Positions 40,491 to 50,695 of a stretch of DNA of 64,000 nucleotides are shown here, piece by piece. Below the pieces are notes generated by a model. The model searched no databases. It was not told the origin of the DNA and saw only the letters and a list, made by a program, of their open reading frames with translations. Within the stretch, counting starts at the first letter, position 1; every line of letters begins with the position of its first letter. Source of the DNA: Carpediemonas membranifera BICM (taxonomy: Eukaryota > Protista > Fornicata); contig JAHDYR010000006.1 of assembly GCA_019828565.1 (NCBI GenBank), forward strand, positions 124,001-188,000. Reading direction: 5' to 3'. The position numbers and the translations under genes are program-made.

Positions 40491-41614
40491 CCAGGCGCAT
40501 ATGGCGAAGGAGGCAGACATGACGCGTGGTCTTTCGGTTCGTCATCGCATGAGGCTTGACCGGCACAGTCATTGGAGGACGTGCACGTTGGAGTGAATAA
40601 GCGAGTACAAGGCTGGTTGGACATCGCAATGGTCCAAGTCAGTCTCGGGTGACCGACTGTCGCGAGTCGTTCTCAATGACGATGGATGCTCAGGAGGCTC
40701 TTCAGCGGCTGGATGCCCACATCGCCTTGATTGATGCCGATATAGCTCAGCTGAACGGCATGATGCTTATCGACGAGGACATCGATGCCCGTATCGTGAG
40801 CCTGGACAGAACACGCGCTCGTCTCGCTGCAATGCGCTCTTCAGAGCCCAAGAGCGGCAGGGACATCCAACGCGATGCAATGATTGGCTTGCATTCCGTC
40901 ATTTCGCGCGACTATGTCGATTTGCCAGGCGATATTCCCACATGCGAGAGGCCTTCACCCACGAGTTCGGCGAGGAGCTTCCGGACGAAGACGCCAAACC
41001 CGAGCCAGTCACGACCAATGAGGTGGCCAGCGCGCTCATGGCCCTCGACCTCCACCATCGCAGCGCCATCTGCTTTGTCAATAGGATTGTCGCGTTTCTT
41101 TATCACGGCCGCCAGCTGTCCATGAACGTCGAGCTCGCGGATGGCGAGGACCTCCCGGTCGCCATGCACACGCTGAACCAGGGCGCGGTGTGGGCGTGTC
41201 TTGGGGGCGGCGGGGCCAACCCCGACCTCTGGGACAGGGTGCAGAAGAAGGCTCTGTCCGATGGAAAGAAGCAGTCACATATTCGTAGAAAGTTGCGTGC
41301 CGAGATGCATAACAAGATCTGCAAGGATCTCATCCCCAAGGGCCTCGCCCCAACAGCCAAGTACCTCTGGTTCCTCTGCCGCAAATTCTTCTTCTCGCTG
41401 AACGTCGCCGAGAAGGACGGCGAGAGCTATCAGTACACAGTGTACGACAGATGCTACCACCACCGCATGTACATGGGCCGACTCTTCATGCTCGACACGA
41501 TGCACCGCACCGCCCTCACCAGGGCTAGGATGCCCAGGGCCCTCGAGGTCTACAGCCACGAGATCACACACATCGCCAGGACACCCAAGGGTCTGTGGGG
41601 CTGGGGACAGAACG
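40491..41614 (+). repeat. Dispersed duplicated segment, copy 2 (near-identical to 6556-7683)
   Basis: Direct comparison; 4-nt deletion near 40937 relative to copy 1. Confidence 0.95.
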
Positions 41615-42580
41615 GACATGGCCAGCTGGGTTCAGGTCATCTTGCTTCAACCCGACCCGCCTCACCTTTCCCGCCTGCCCAAGTGACGTGAGCATTTTCT
41701 TTACTTTGCGTCCGAGCCACCTAAGTTCGTCGAGCCAACCCACCTCACCATCACAGTCTGTCCCAAGGTCGCCGAGCTCGAGGCCAGCCTGCCCCCCTGG
41801 GAGAAGCATACGATGGTGACGGATGTGTCGATAGATATGTATCGGTCGTTCATACTCACCACAGTCGGCACTGTCATGGCGGGCGATGGTGCAAGTTGGT
41901 TTATTGGCTTTAACAATGATGTGGACGATCACGACTTCTACCCAATTGCCGTGCCCGCTGAATTTGTCCCAGATCACATCATGCAGGGTGACTGGACTGT
42001 CGTCCTCTCAATGGGCGATCGGCAGATGATCAGTGTATTGAACAAATGCGGCCAGCTGGGACTGGGGCACAAGCATGAGATGACTGGGTTCGAGGAACTG
42101 CCCTTCAGGGTCGACCGGATTATGGTATCCGATAGCAAGACCTTCAACGTATTCCTCAGTGGCCGCCAGCTGCACTTCGCTGGCGAAGTTCCCGCTCACA
42201 TCTTTCTGTCAGGCCTGCTGCCTGGATTCAACAAGGACGACAACTGTCTCACAGCATCTCCGCTCCGGTTCCCAGAGAGGGTCAGGCGGTTCTATTGTGA
42301 TCCTTTTGCACTTGTCTGGGTCATTGAGGGCCAGGCCCATGTTTGTCAGAGACGTGGTGTGCGTGTTACGTTCGTACGGTTCGGTATCTCTTTCGAGGCG
42401 ACTGCATTCATCGGCAAATCCTTCTGTGACCAGTCCGGCCAGTGGTTTGAGATGTCGACCGACTCGGATGAAGGGGGTGAGATGGTGGAGTGCGATGCGC
42501 CCGGGTTTATCGATGAAATCAGCATCGTCTACGTCGACCCGTGGACCGCGGGCGTGCGCGAAGAGACGAACGAACTGTAA
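40676..42580 (+). pseudogene. RCC1/BLIP-II-like repeat family gene, disrupted (copy 2)
   Basis: GLWGWGQNGHGQLG and NKCGQLGLG motifs; split over ORFs 40649-41125, 40942-41691, 41595-41819 and 41813-42580. Confidence 0.72.
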
Positions 42581-42675
42581 AATGGACATTGACTCCAGCT
42601 TGAGTCGGGTCCCAGTCATTACCTGCGACAACGTGATCCATGTTCAGCGGACATGGGAAGAGAGGACAACCTGAG

Positions 42676-44076
42676 TCAATGACCAGCAACAGCCATAATC
42701 CATCCCCCCTCGTTCCTCAAAAGCCCCACAGCCGCGGGCCCGACCATCCTCAGAGTCCCGAGTCGCGCCGAGTCAGTCATAACCTGCACAAGGATCCCGA
42801 GATCATGCTCAGTCAGGCCAGCGTAGTCACAAGCGAGGTCCGTGGGGACGGCAACAAGTGCCGCGCCTGTTGTATCAGCGATCAGTGCCAGGTTGTACCC
42901 ATCCTGCAAGTCAGGGGGCCGACTGAGCCCCATCCGACGCATGAGTGCAGTAAACTGCGGGGTCGAGAGCCGGGTTGGGTCAAGGAAGGCCAAGTATCCA
43001 GCCGACACTGCCGCCCTGAGGGAGCCGTGGGCTGACCGGAGCTGGGCCACCGTCACGGCGTGGGGAGCGGTCAGTCTGATCGACTCAGCCAGCCCAGCGA
43101 TGGTAGACGGGGGTGATGTCTTCAGATGAAGCGTGTCGTTGATGATCACGCTCTGCCCAGCGCTCAGTGGCACAGAGGGCAGCACTTGGTCCACTGTAAA
43201 CTGTGGTATAATCCTAATAAATGAGTTGCGGTCAATGATGCAGTGGAGGCCGTCCAGGTCGACCCACAGGCGGACATCACCCACACGCACCATATCACAA
43301 GTCTTGGCGGCGTGTGCTAAGTCAGGTCCATATTCAACATCCGGGCGTGAGCCAATTCTTGGCAAATCTACTGTGGCGTATCGAATCTCGAGATTATGTC
43401 CTGCTCTTCCATTGACTAACACCGGCCCACCGCTCCACTCTGGCACAGTTACATCAGTCAACAAAAATCCACCCGGAGTTACTGAGTCGAGCACGACTCT
43501 GCCGACTACTCCACTAATGTATATGGGTTCTGGGACATGGCCGAAGGGGGCGTGGCCGAGAACAAGGGAGCGGAGCCTGATGTCGGTCTCTCTGAGCGAT
43601 TGGGCGATTGTTGGGTGGGTGCGGATGGCTGCGTGTATTGGCGCGAGGCTTCGTAGCGCTGCGTCGTCTGTTTCAGCCCATGGGACGTTTGCTCTCAGGG
43701 TGAGGGTTTCGCGGTCCAGGATGGCCAGCGCGACCCTCCGTCGACTGGGATTTGACACAATAACTTGCCCGTCAACTGTGCTGGCCGTAGCATTGGCTAT
43801 TCGAATGATATCGCCGGGCTTGCAGAGCGGAGCGAAAGAAGCTGTGGAGAAAATGTTCGCTTTGACAGTACCCGTCCCCCCACCGTCTCGTGCCATCTCC
43901 AGCTGCAGCCCAGCCATCATCTGCCGCTTGTCTCCGCCAGGCCTGTGGGAAACGATTACCTCGGTCACCACAGCGAGGATAGTAACGGATCCAATGGCCG
44001 TAGGAAGGTCGTCAAAGCTGTGACGGACAGACTGGAATGTGCCCAGTGCCTTTTTGCGGCCGCGTATGGTTGCCAT
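42676..44076 (-). CDS. POT1: POT1/TEBP-alpha-like telomeric OB-fold protein
   Basis: VTILAVVTE...VKANIFS....PLCKPGDIIRI...VDGQ resembles POT1 OB1; a second OB-like block (DMVRVGDV) follows. Confidence 0.6.
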   Translation of the reverse strand: MATIRGRKKALGTFQSVRHSFDDLPTAIGSVTILAVVTEVIVSHRPGGDKRQMMAGLQLEMARDGGGTGTVKANIFSTASFAPLCKPGDIIRIANATASTVDGQVIVSNPSRRRVALAILDRETLTLRANVPWAETDDAALRSLAPIHAAIRTHPTIAQSLRETDIRLRSLVLGHAPFGHVPEPIYISGVVGRVVLDSVTPGGFLLTDVTVPEWSGGPVLVNGRAGHNLEIRYATVDLPRIGSRPDVEYGPDLAHAAKTCDMVRVGDVRLWVDLDGLHCIIDRNSFIRIIPQFTVDQVLPSVPLSAGQSVIINDTLHLKTSPPSTIAGLAESIRLTAPHAVTVAQLRSAHGSLRAAVSAGYLAFLDPTRLSTPQFTALMRRMGLSRPPDLQDGYNLALIADTTGAALVAVPTDLACDYAGLTEHDLGILVQVMTDSARLGTLRMVGPAAVGLLRNEGGWIMAVAGH

Positions 44077-44552
44077 GGTGATGGTGGGCTGGGTGCGGGG
44101 GTTTCTGACCTTTAACTGGAAATCCTGGACGGAGTTATTGGTCCTATCAAACAGTTCTTTCGTCCGTCGTTCTCTTTGGGACTTCAATAGTGTGGTTCTG
44201 CAGAAGTTGTGCAGTAACACTGCCTGGGAGCCTGTGAACTTGGTCACCTCGGGCAGTGTAGAGAATGGAAAGGCCCACGTGACTTCTACTGCAGCAAGCA
44301 GGTTCTCATTCACGCGTTCGTACTGCAGAGCTGTGATTGCTTGAACACATAGAACTCGATCAGGCCCGGAGCTGATCATCGCTCGCTAAACATGCACGCC
44401 CGACTCAACCGACTGCAAGCATGACTCAGTGTCCTCGGCATCACCCGGGCGCCAGTAGGTCAACACATAGTCAGTATCATTTACTCCTCGAAGCAGACAT
44501 CCCGAGCTATTTCGGCTGTTTGATCGCATCCGGCAGGCCTCGCTCGAGGCCG

Positions 44553-44906
44553 TCACAGAAGCTTGAGCCGCTTGGTATAGGACCTGACCGTGTCTCTCAC
44601 GCCGATCACTGCGAGGGCACTGGGGATGTTCTCGGGCTGCTCGACCCAGAGATGGCTGAGCAGGGTCTCGTCGGCGGCGATTTTCGCAGCGAGGTTGCGC
44701 AGCTTCTCTTCAGTTGCGATTCCACAGACAACTGTGGTCATTCCCTCGTATTCGGCGGTGTACTGCGCCAGTAGGGGATGATCAGAGCCATGCTGTGCCC
44801 ACAGCGCGTTGGAAGCATGGGAGACCTGTGAGCAGATGGCTCCCATTGGCCAATCCAGATCTTTGCGAACAATCACCGCCTGAATAACGTCGGTACCTTC
44901 GCTCAT
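44553..44906 (-). CDS. PTRHD1: Peptidyl-tRNA hydrolase 2 family, PTRHD1-like
   Basis: QAVIVRKDLDWPMGAICSQVSHAS...HLWVEQPENIPSALA...KRLKLL. Confidence 0.9.
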   Translation of the reverse strand: MSEGTDVIQAVIVRKDLDWPMGAICSQVSHASNALWAQHGSDHPLLAQYTAEYEGMTTVVCGIATEEKLRNLAAKIAADETLLSHLWVEQPENIPSALAVIGVRDTVRSYTKRLKLL

Positions 44907-45095
44907 TCGATGTTTGAGCTTTTTGCCTTTCTTCAAGGTTTCATCTCCGAGCGCTCGCCGACTTGGGTCGTAGAACACGCCGGCTGTGTGCGTCTGGATG
45001 ACTCCCGCCGTATACGGCTCAACCGCCCATCATTTCTTCTCTGGAGTCGAGTGCAGTCTTGCGCCAAAACCTCCCGCCGAGAATCTTCTGCGCCA

Positions 45096-48000
45096 ATGCA
45101 CCTGACAAAGGTGATTTTGGATGGCTTTAAGAGCTATTCTGAGCGAACGGAAGTGAAAGGCTTCGATCCGCAGTTCAACGCCATCACAGGCTTCAACGGC
45201 TCCGGAAAATCCAACATTCTCGATGGTATCTGCTTTGTGATGGGGCTTACGGACCACGGACGCATGCGTGTTACTAACTACCAGGAGCTGATCTACAAGT
45301 CCGGCGCCCAGCACGTCTCTAGCGCCTCGGTCACTCTTGTTTTTGGCGGTGATCCTACAACCTTCCCCCGGCCCTATCAGGACCGTGAAGAGCTCACTGT
45401 GACCAGGAAGACGATCCTCAGTGGTACCAGCAAGTACCTTATCAATGGAAAGAACGCCACTCAAAAGGCAGTCCACGATTTGTTCCAGAGCGTCGGCCTC
45501 AACGTCAACCAGCCCCAGTTCCTCGTGATGCAGGGCAAGATCGCCCAGATCCTCGGCATGAAACCCGATCAGATCATGCGTTTGATCGAGGAGGCGGCTG
45601 GCACTCGGATGTATGAGACCAAGAAGGCCGAGGTCCAGAAGGTCTTCTTCCAGAAGGAGAAGAAGATCGCTGAGATCGACCTACTCCTCAAGGAAGACAT
45701 TGAGCCCCGCCTAAAGCAGCTCAACGAGCAGCACGCCATGTATGAGCGTCAGAAGGAGGCCCGCGAGGAGCTTGGCGGCCTCAGGAAGCAAGTCGCCGTG
45801 CAGACCTTCCTTCACGCCCAGAAGAGCGCCGCAGACGCAGAGGAGAGCAGCGCCCAGGCAGCAGACAACGAGGCCCGTCTCCAAGAGCAGCTCGAGCGCC
45901 TCGAGACCGAATACGCAGAGGTCAGCGAACAGTTCGATGAACTCAGCAAGAACTCCGACAACGAGGCCATCCAGAAGGCACAGGCAAAGCTGAATAAGGC
46001 CAAGTCGGAGGCAGCGGCTGTCGCAGGTCGGCTCCAAGGTGTGGTCGCGAACGCCAAGGAGGCACAAGCGAACGCCGCTGAGAACGAGAAGAAGCTCGGT
46101 CAGCTCAAGGCGACCATTGCTTCCACCCGAGCCGAGCTCGAGAAGGCCGAGGCGGACAAGACATCGGCTGACACCCGACTCGAGGAGGCCCGGACCGCAT
46201 TGGCAGCAATCACGGCTGCCCGACGCGCCGCCTCTTCTGGTGTGATCATCCTTGAGGGCGGGCAGACCTGCACCAAGCCCCAGAGGATCGCCCAGCTCGG
46301 TACGATGGAAGCTGACACAGTCCAGGCTATGGGAGCGGTCCAGGACGAGGTCAGGCTGCTCCAGGATGCCGTAGAGGCCGCCCAAGAGGCCATGAACGCT
46401 GCTGAGGCAAGCAGAGCATCCAAACAGTCCGCTCTCGACGCAGCCCGCCGCGCCCTGACCGATTTCGAGGCCGAGCACGGCAACAGAGACGCCCTCTCCC
46501 GCCGTCTCGCGGATGTGACTCGGGACATTGACTCTGCTCGGGACAGGGCCAACTCGGCCACGGACGGCGACTCTCGGGACACGGTGCTCTTCTCATACCG
46601 CAAGCCCCGCAGCCCGTCATTTGACCCGACCAAGGTCCATGGTGCCCTTGCCGAGCTCGTGGAGGTGCTTGACGAGCACATAGCCGCAGTCGAGGCCTCA
46701 GGCGGCGCTCGTCTGTTCAACGTAGTCTCTGATAACTACGACACGGCCGAGACGCTGATCCGGGAGAAGTGCCTTGATCGCCGGACGACGTTCCTGCCCC
46801 TAGATCGGATCGGGGCCAAGAAGATCGACCCCCGACTGTCAGAGATCATCAACGAGAAATACGGCACACCTGCAGTCGACTCTATTTCCAAGTCGGCCAA
46901 GTCTGCCGGAATTCCGGAGAAGCAGTTCCGTAAGGTCGTGGGCCATATCTGGGGTGACGTCGTCATCTGCCACGACCAACACCTCGCTGCCGAGCTCGCA
47001 ATCAACCGCCACTGCAAGGACGTCCCCAAGAACGCCCAACGGCCCCGCACTGTCACGACTGACGGCCAGCTCTTCCACCCTGGCGGCACTATGACTGGCG
47101 GCCAGAGATCCAAGAAGAAGTCCGTCTTCCAGAACTTGGCGGCAATGAGGCGTCAGAGAGAGGTGTTGACCCGCCTCATGGACGAACTTGCTGAGCTCGA
47201 GGCTGAGCGGGAGCAGCTTGTGAAGCTTATTGACACCCACGCCGGGCTCCGGAGAAGTGTTGAGGACTTGACTCAGGATGACTTTGACTCGACGACTGCT
47301 GAGCTGACTCGGGCCAGGTCAACTCTGGCCAGACGCGAGGGCGAGGCGTCTGTGCTCGAGGGCCGGCTACAGTCCATCCAGGATGAGCTCCGCGCTCTCC
47401 AAGCGACGGGGGACGATGCCGAGTCTGGGGAGCTCGTATCCCAGCGCGAACAGGCCCTCAGCGTCGCTTCCAAGGCCCAGAAGAAGGCTGAGCGTCTCTT
47501 CATGGGTCTTACGAGCGAGCTTGCAGCCGCTGAGGACGAGCTCGCCTCCCTCGCCGCCTCTGTTGCTGACACGGACAAACAGATCGAGATCACGGCGTCC
47601 GAGGTTGCCGACCTCATGGCGACGAAGACCCGCCTCGACATCGACGTGAGCAAGGCACAGGAGGAGACTGCCGCCCTGCTCGACGAGGCCGCCTCAAGGG
47701 ACCAGGAGGTCGACTCCCTCGGCAAGACCCAGCGGAGACTGGGGAAGCAGGTCGGGCAGGTCAAGGCACAGCTCACGAACGCCGCCGAGTCCGCCAAGAC
47801 GGCTGCATCCAACGCGTCTATCACTGCGAAGGCTATGAGACAGGCAGAGGCAGCGCTGTCCAAGACCCGCACGAAGGTCCCGGAGGACGCCGAGGTCATG
47901 CCCGACTTCGCGGCTCTCCAGAAGCACCTCGGGTCACTAGAGGAGACTCTGGGGACGGAAATCGATCGGTCAGTGATTACTCGCAGCAAGACTGCCCAGG

Positions 48001-48539
48001 TCGAATTTGACGAGCTCAAAAAGCGCCGTGAGACTGTTCTTGCTGACAAGGACAAGATTGAGGCCGTCATTGTTGACCTTGATGGAAAGAAGAGGGTCGC
48101 CCTCGAGCAGACCCTCACCCAAGTATCAGAGGAGTTCGGGGTCATGCTGGGCATCATGCTGCCCGGCGCGGGTGGCCGTCTTGACGTCGTCGACAACCGC
48201 GACCTATCCCAGGGCGCTGAGATCAGAGTCTCGCTAGGCGGGGCATGGAAGGAGTCACTCGGCGAGTTGTCTGGCGGTCAGCGGTCGTTGTGTGCCCTCG
48301 CGCTGATCCTCAGTCTGCTCAAGATCAGGCCCGCGCCACTGTATATCCTGGATGAGATCGATGCTGCGCTGGATCTGAATAACACCCAGAACATCGGAAA
48401 ACTGATCAAGAGCAGATTCGGTCAGGCGCAGTTCATCGTCGTTTCCCTCAAGGAGGCGATGTTCGATAACGCCAACGTGCTGTTCAGAGTCAACTTTGCA
48501 GACGGCACAAGCAAGGTGACCCGGCAGTCGACGGTGTGA
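45096..48539 (+). CDS. SMC2: Condensin subunit SMC2
   Basis: DGFKSY, FDPQFNAITGFNGSGKSNILD, LNVNQPQFLVMQGKI, hinge, WKESLGELSGGQRSL, PAPLYILDEIDAALD. Confidence 0.96.
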   Translation: MHLTKVILDGFKSYSERTEVKGFDPQFNAITGFNGSGKSNILDGICFVMGLTDHGRMRVTNYQELIYKSGAQHVSSASVTLVFGGDPTTFPRPYQDREELTVTRKTILSGTSKYLINGKNATQKAVHDLFQSVGLNVNQPQFLVMQGKIAQILGMKPDQIMRLIEEAAGTRMYETKKAEVQKVFFQKEKKIAEIDLLLKEDIEPRLKQLNEQHAMYERQKEAREELGGLRKQVAVQTFLHAQKSAADAEESSAQAADNEARLQEQLERLETEYAEVSEQFDELSKNSDNEAIQKAQAKLNKAKSEAAAVAGRLQGVVANAKEAQANAAENEKKLGQLKATIASTRAELEKAEADKTSADTRLEEARTALAAITAARRAASSGVIILEGGQTCTKPQRIAQLGTMEADTVQAMGAVQDEVRLLQDAVEAAQEAMNAAEASRASKQSALDAARRALTDFEAEHGNRDALSRRLADVTRDIDSARDRANSATDGDSRDTVLFSYRKPRSPSFDPTKVHGALAELVEVLDEHIAAVEASGGARLFNVVSDNYDTAETLIREKCLDRRTTFLPLDRIGAKKIDPRLSEIINEKYGTPAVDSISKSAKSAGIPEKQFRKVVGHIWGDVVICHDQHLAAELAINRHCKDVPKNAQRPRTVTTDGQLFHPGGTMTGGQRSKKKSVFQNLAAMRRQREVLTRLMDELAELEAEREQLVKLIDTHAGLRRSVEDLTQDDFDSTTAELTRARSTLARREGEASVLEGRLQSIQDELRALQATGDDAESGELVSQREQALSVASKAQKKAERLFMGLTSELAAAEDELASLAASVADTDKQIEITASEVADLMATKTRLDIDVSKAQEETAALLDEAASRDQEVDSLGKTQRRLGKQVGQVKAQLTNAAESAKTAASNASITAKAMRQAEAALSKTRTKVPEDAEVMPDFAALQKHLGSLEETLGTEIDRSVITRSKTAQVEFDELKKRRETVLADKDKIEAVIVDLDGKKRVALEQTLTQVSEEFGVMLGIMLPGAGGRLDVVDNRDLSQGAEIRVSLGGAWKESLGELSGGQRSLCALALILSLLKIRPAPLYILDEIDAALDLNNTQNIGKLIKSRFGQAQFIVVSLKEAMFDNANVLFRVNFADGTSKVTRQSTV

Positions 48540-48685
48540 GTCATGCCGTGGCCGTGGAGGCCGCGGCGTGGATGGTAAATGCATATTGGACCTTTCGTTG
48601 GGCCACGCCATTGTCATGTCGGACCTTATCCGGGCCGGTGTGTGACATTGCAAGAGGTCGCAGTTTAGCCGCATCGGCGAGAACA

Positions 48686-49054
48686 ATGTCATCAATTTTC
48701 CAACAACGTCTTGAACAACACGCCAGTAAGGCCAAAGCGCTACATTCAACGACAGAGTCCCTCGGGATGGCGGCGCTAAAGAACGTAGACCAGTATGCGA
48801 AAGAACTCGTCGGGGAGACAAACAAGGACATCAACACACTCTTTAGCAACCAGAGACAGATCCAGCAGCTTGTTAAGCAGATTCAGGCGCGTCATATGGC
48901 CATCAACAAGCAGTCGCAGACCTTCCTTTCCCTCATCGAGTCATTCAACACCTCAGTGGCAGAGCTTGGGGACGTCAAGTCCTTCATCCACACCACACAC
49001 GCCAACATGTGCGCTGTGGCGGATAATCTGAAGTTTATCGAGAGCAACATGTGA
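48686..49054 (+). CDS. BLOC1S1: BLOC-1 subunit 1 (BLOS1/GCN5L1)
   Basis: About 120 aa coiled coil; LFSNQRQI...FNTSVAELGDV matches the BLOS1 signature. Confidence 0.82.
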   Translation: MSSIFQQRLEQHASKAKALHSTTESLGMAALKNVDQYAKELVGETNKDINTLFSNQRQIQQLVKQIQARHMAINKQSQTFLSLIESFNTSVAELGDVKSFIHTTHANMCAVADNLKFIESNM

Positions 49055-49247
49055 GTCTTTGCCGGATGACAGCTGCAACACAGGGCGACTCCGTAAACTA
49101 GATTTGTTAGCCCATCGCTGTCTATACGACAAGGTAGATGACTCTAGGCTACTGCGACGAGTCTCGCCGTGTCATTTTATTGCCTTAGCGGAGGCGTTCT
49201 TTTTTTTCGACAACAGCTTTTTTCATGCAGCATCGATCACGAGAATC

Positions 49248-50585
49248 ATGGCTAAGCTCATCACTGGCAAGCAGTCTCCTTTCGGCAAGTACGCCGAGCT
49301 CGTCGCTAAGCACTGCGGCATCGCCCTCGATGTCGAGTACGTCGCTGACATGAAGCAGATCAAGGTTTGTCATACGCCCGCTCTTATGCGGCCTCCAATC
49401 GCTTATCCAGTCTGAGGAGCACCTCAAGCTTAACCCTCTCGGCAAGATCCCCGTTCTTGTTCTTGACAACGGTGCCGCTCTCTTCGAGTCCGACAACATC
49501 GCCATCGCTCTCGCTGAGATGGCTCCCGCCCTCAACCTCCTCGGCTCCTGCTTCGTTACCCGCGGCCAGGTTCGCCAGTGGATGTTCTCCATCTCCACCG
49601 ACCTCGAGACCAAGATGTGGCCCTGGCTCGCTCCCATGATCGGCTACGCTCCCTTCAACGGCCTCCTCGTCAACAACGCCAAGAACGACTCTCTCGCCTA
49701 CTTCAAGGTTCTTGAGGCCCACCTCGAGAAGAACACCTTCATGGCCGGCCAGCGCCTCACCCTCGCTGACTTTGCCCTTGTTGCCATCCTCGATGTCTAC
49801 TTCCGCCACCTCATGGAGAAGAAGCTCCGCGACCAGTACCCCGCTGTCGTCCGCCACTTCAAGATGATGTCCGAGCTCCCCGCTTACGTCGAGGTCTACG
49901 GCGCCCCCGTCCTCTGCGAGAAGGCCCCCCAGCCCCCTAAGAAGGAGACCCCCAAGAAGGAGGCCAAGAAGCCCGCTGCCAAGAAGGAGGAGAAGCCCGC
50001 TGAGCCCAAGAAGGCTGAGAAGAAGGAGGACCCCCTCGCTGCCCTCCCCGCCCCCAAGTTCCCCATGGATGAGTGGAAGCGCCAGTACTCCAACAACGAC
50101 ACCCCCGACGCCATGAAGTGGCTCTGGGAGAACCTCGACGCCGCTGACTACTCCTTCTGGAAGTGCACCTACAAGTACCAGGACGAGCTCAAGGTCGGCT
50201 TCATGACTGCCAACCTCTGCTCTGGCTTCATCCAGCGCTGCGACCCCATCCGCAAGGTTGCTTTCGGTAGCTTCAACAGTTTGTTACGAACGATTGTGAG
50301 ATCATGTCACATCGGCCCATCGTTTCTTACACAGTCACCAAGGACCTCAAGGAGGACCACCTCGACATGTTCGGCGTCTGGATGACCCGCGGCACTGAGC
50401 TCCTCGAGGCCTTCACCCCCGGCTCCGACTGCGAGATCGCTGATGCTGAGAACTACACTTTCGAGAAGCTCGACCACACCAAGCCGGAGGACAAGGCCTT
50501 CATCGAGGACGTCTTCGCTTGGGAGTCTGCCAACAACTTCGGCGGCCAGTACGGCGAGGTTCTTGAAGGCAAGAACTTCAAGTAA
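49248..50585 (+). CDS. EEF1G: Elongation factor 1B-gamma (3 exons; introns 49365-49410 and 50279-50334)
   Basis: GST-like N-domain (LNPLGKIP, LFES), Lys-rich linker, MDEWKRQYSN, GFIQR, GKNFK; two GTTTGT...CAG introns restore the frame; strong codon bias. Confidence 0.96.
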
Positions 50586-50695
50586 GTAAATTGCGTTGAT
50601 TCATCCAAACTTCGATTGAGCATCAGATGCTCTCTTACCTTTGCTAGCATCATCAAGCCCGTCCCATCCAACCCAGCAGACCAACAACACTTTAC

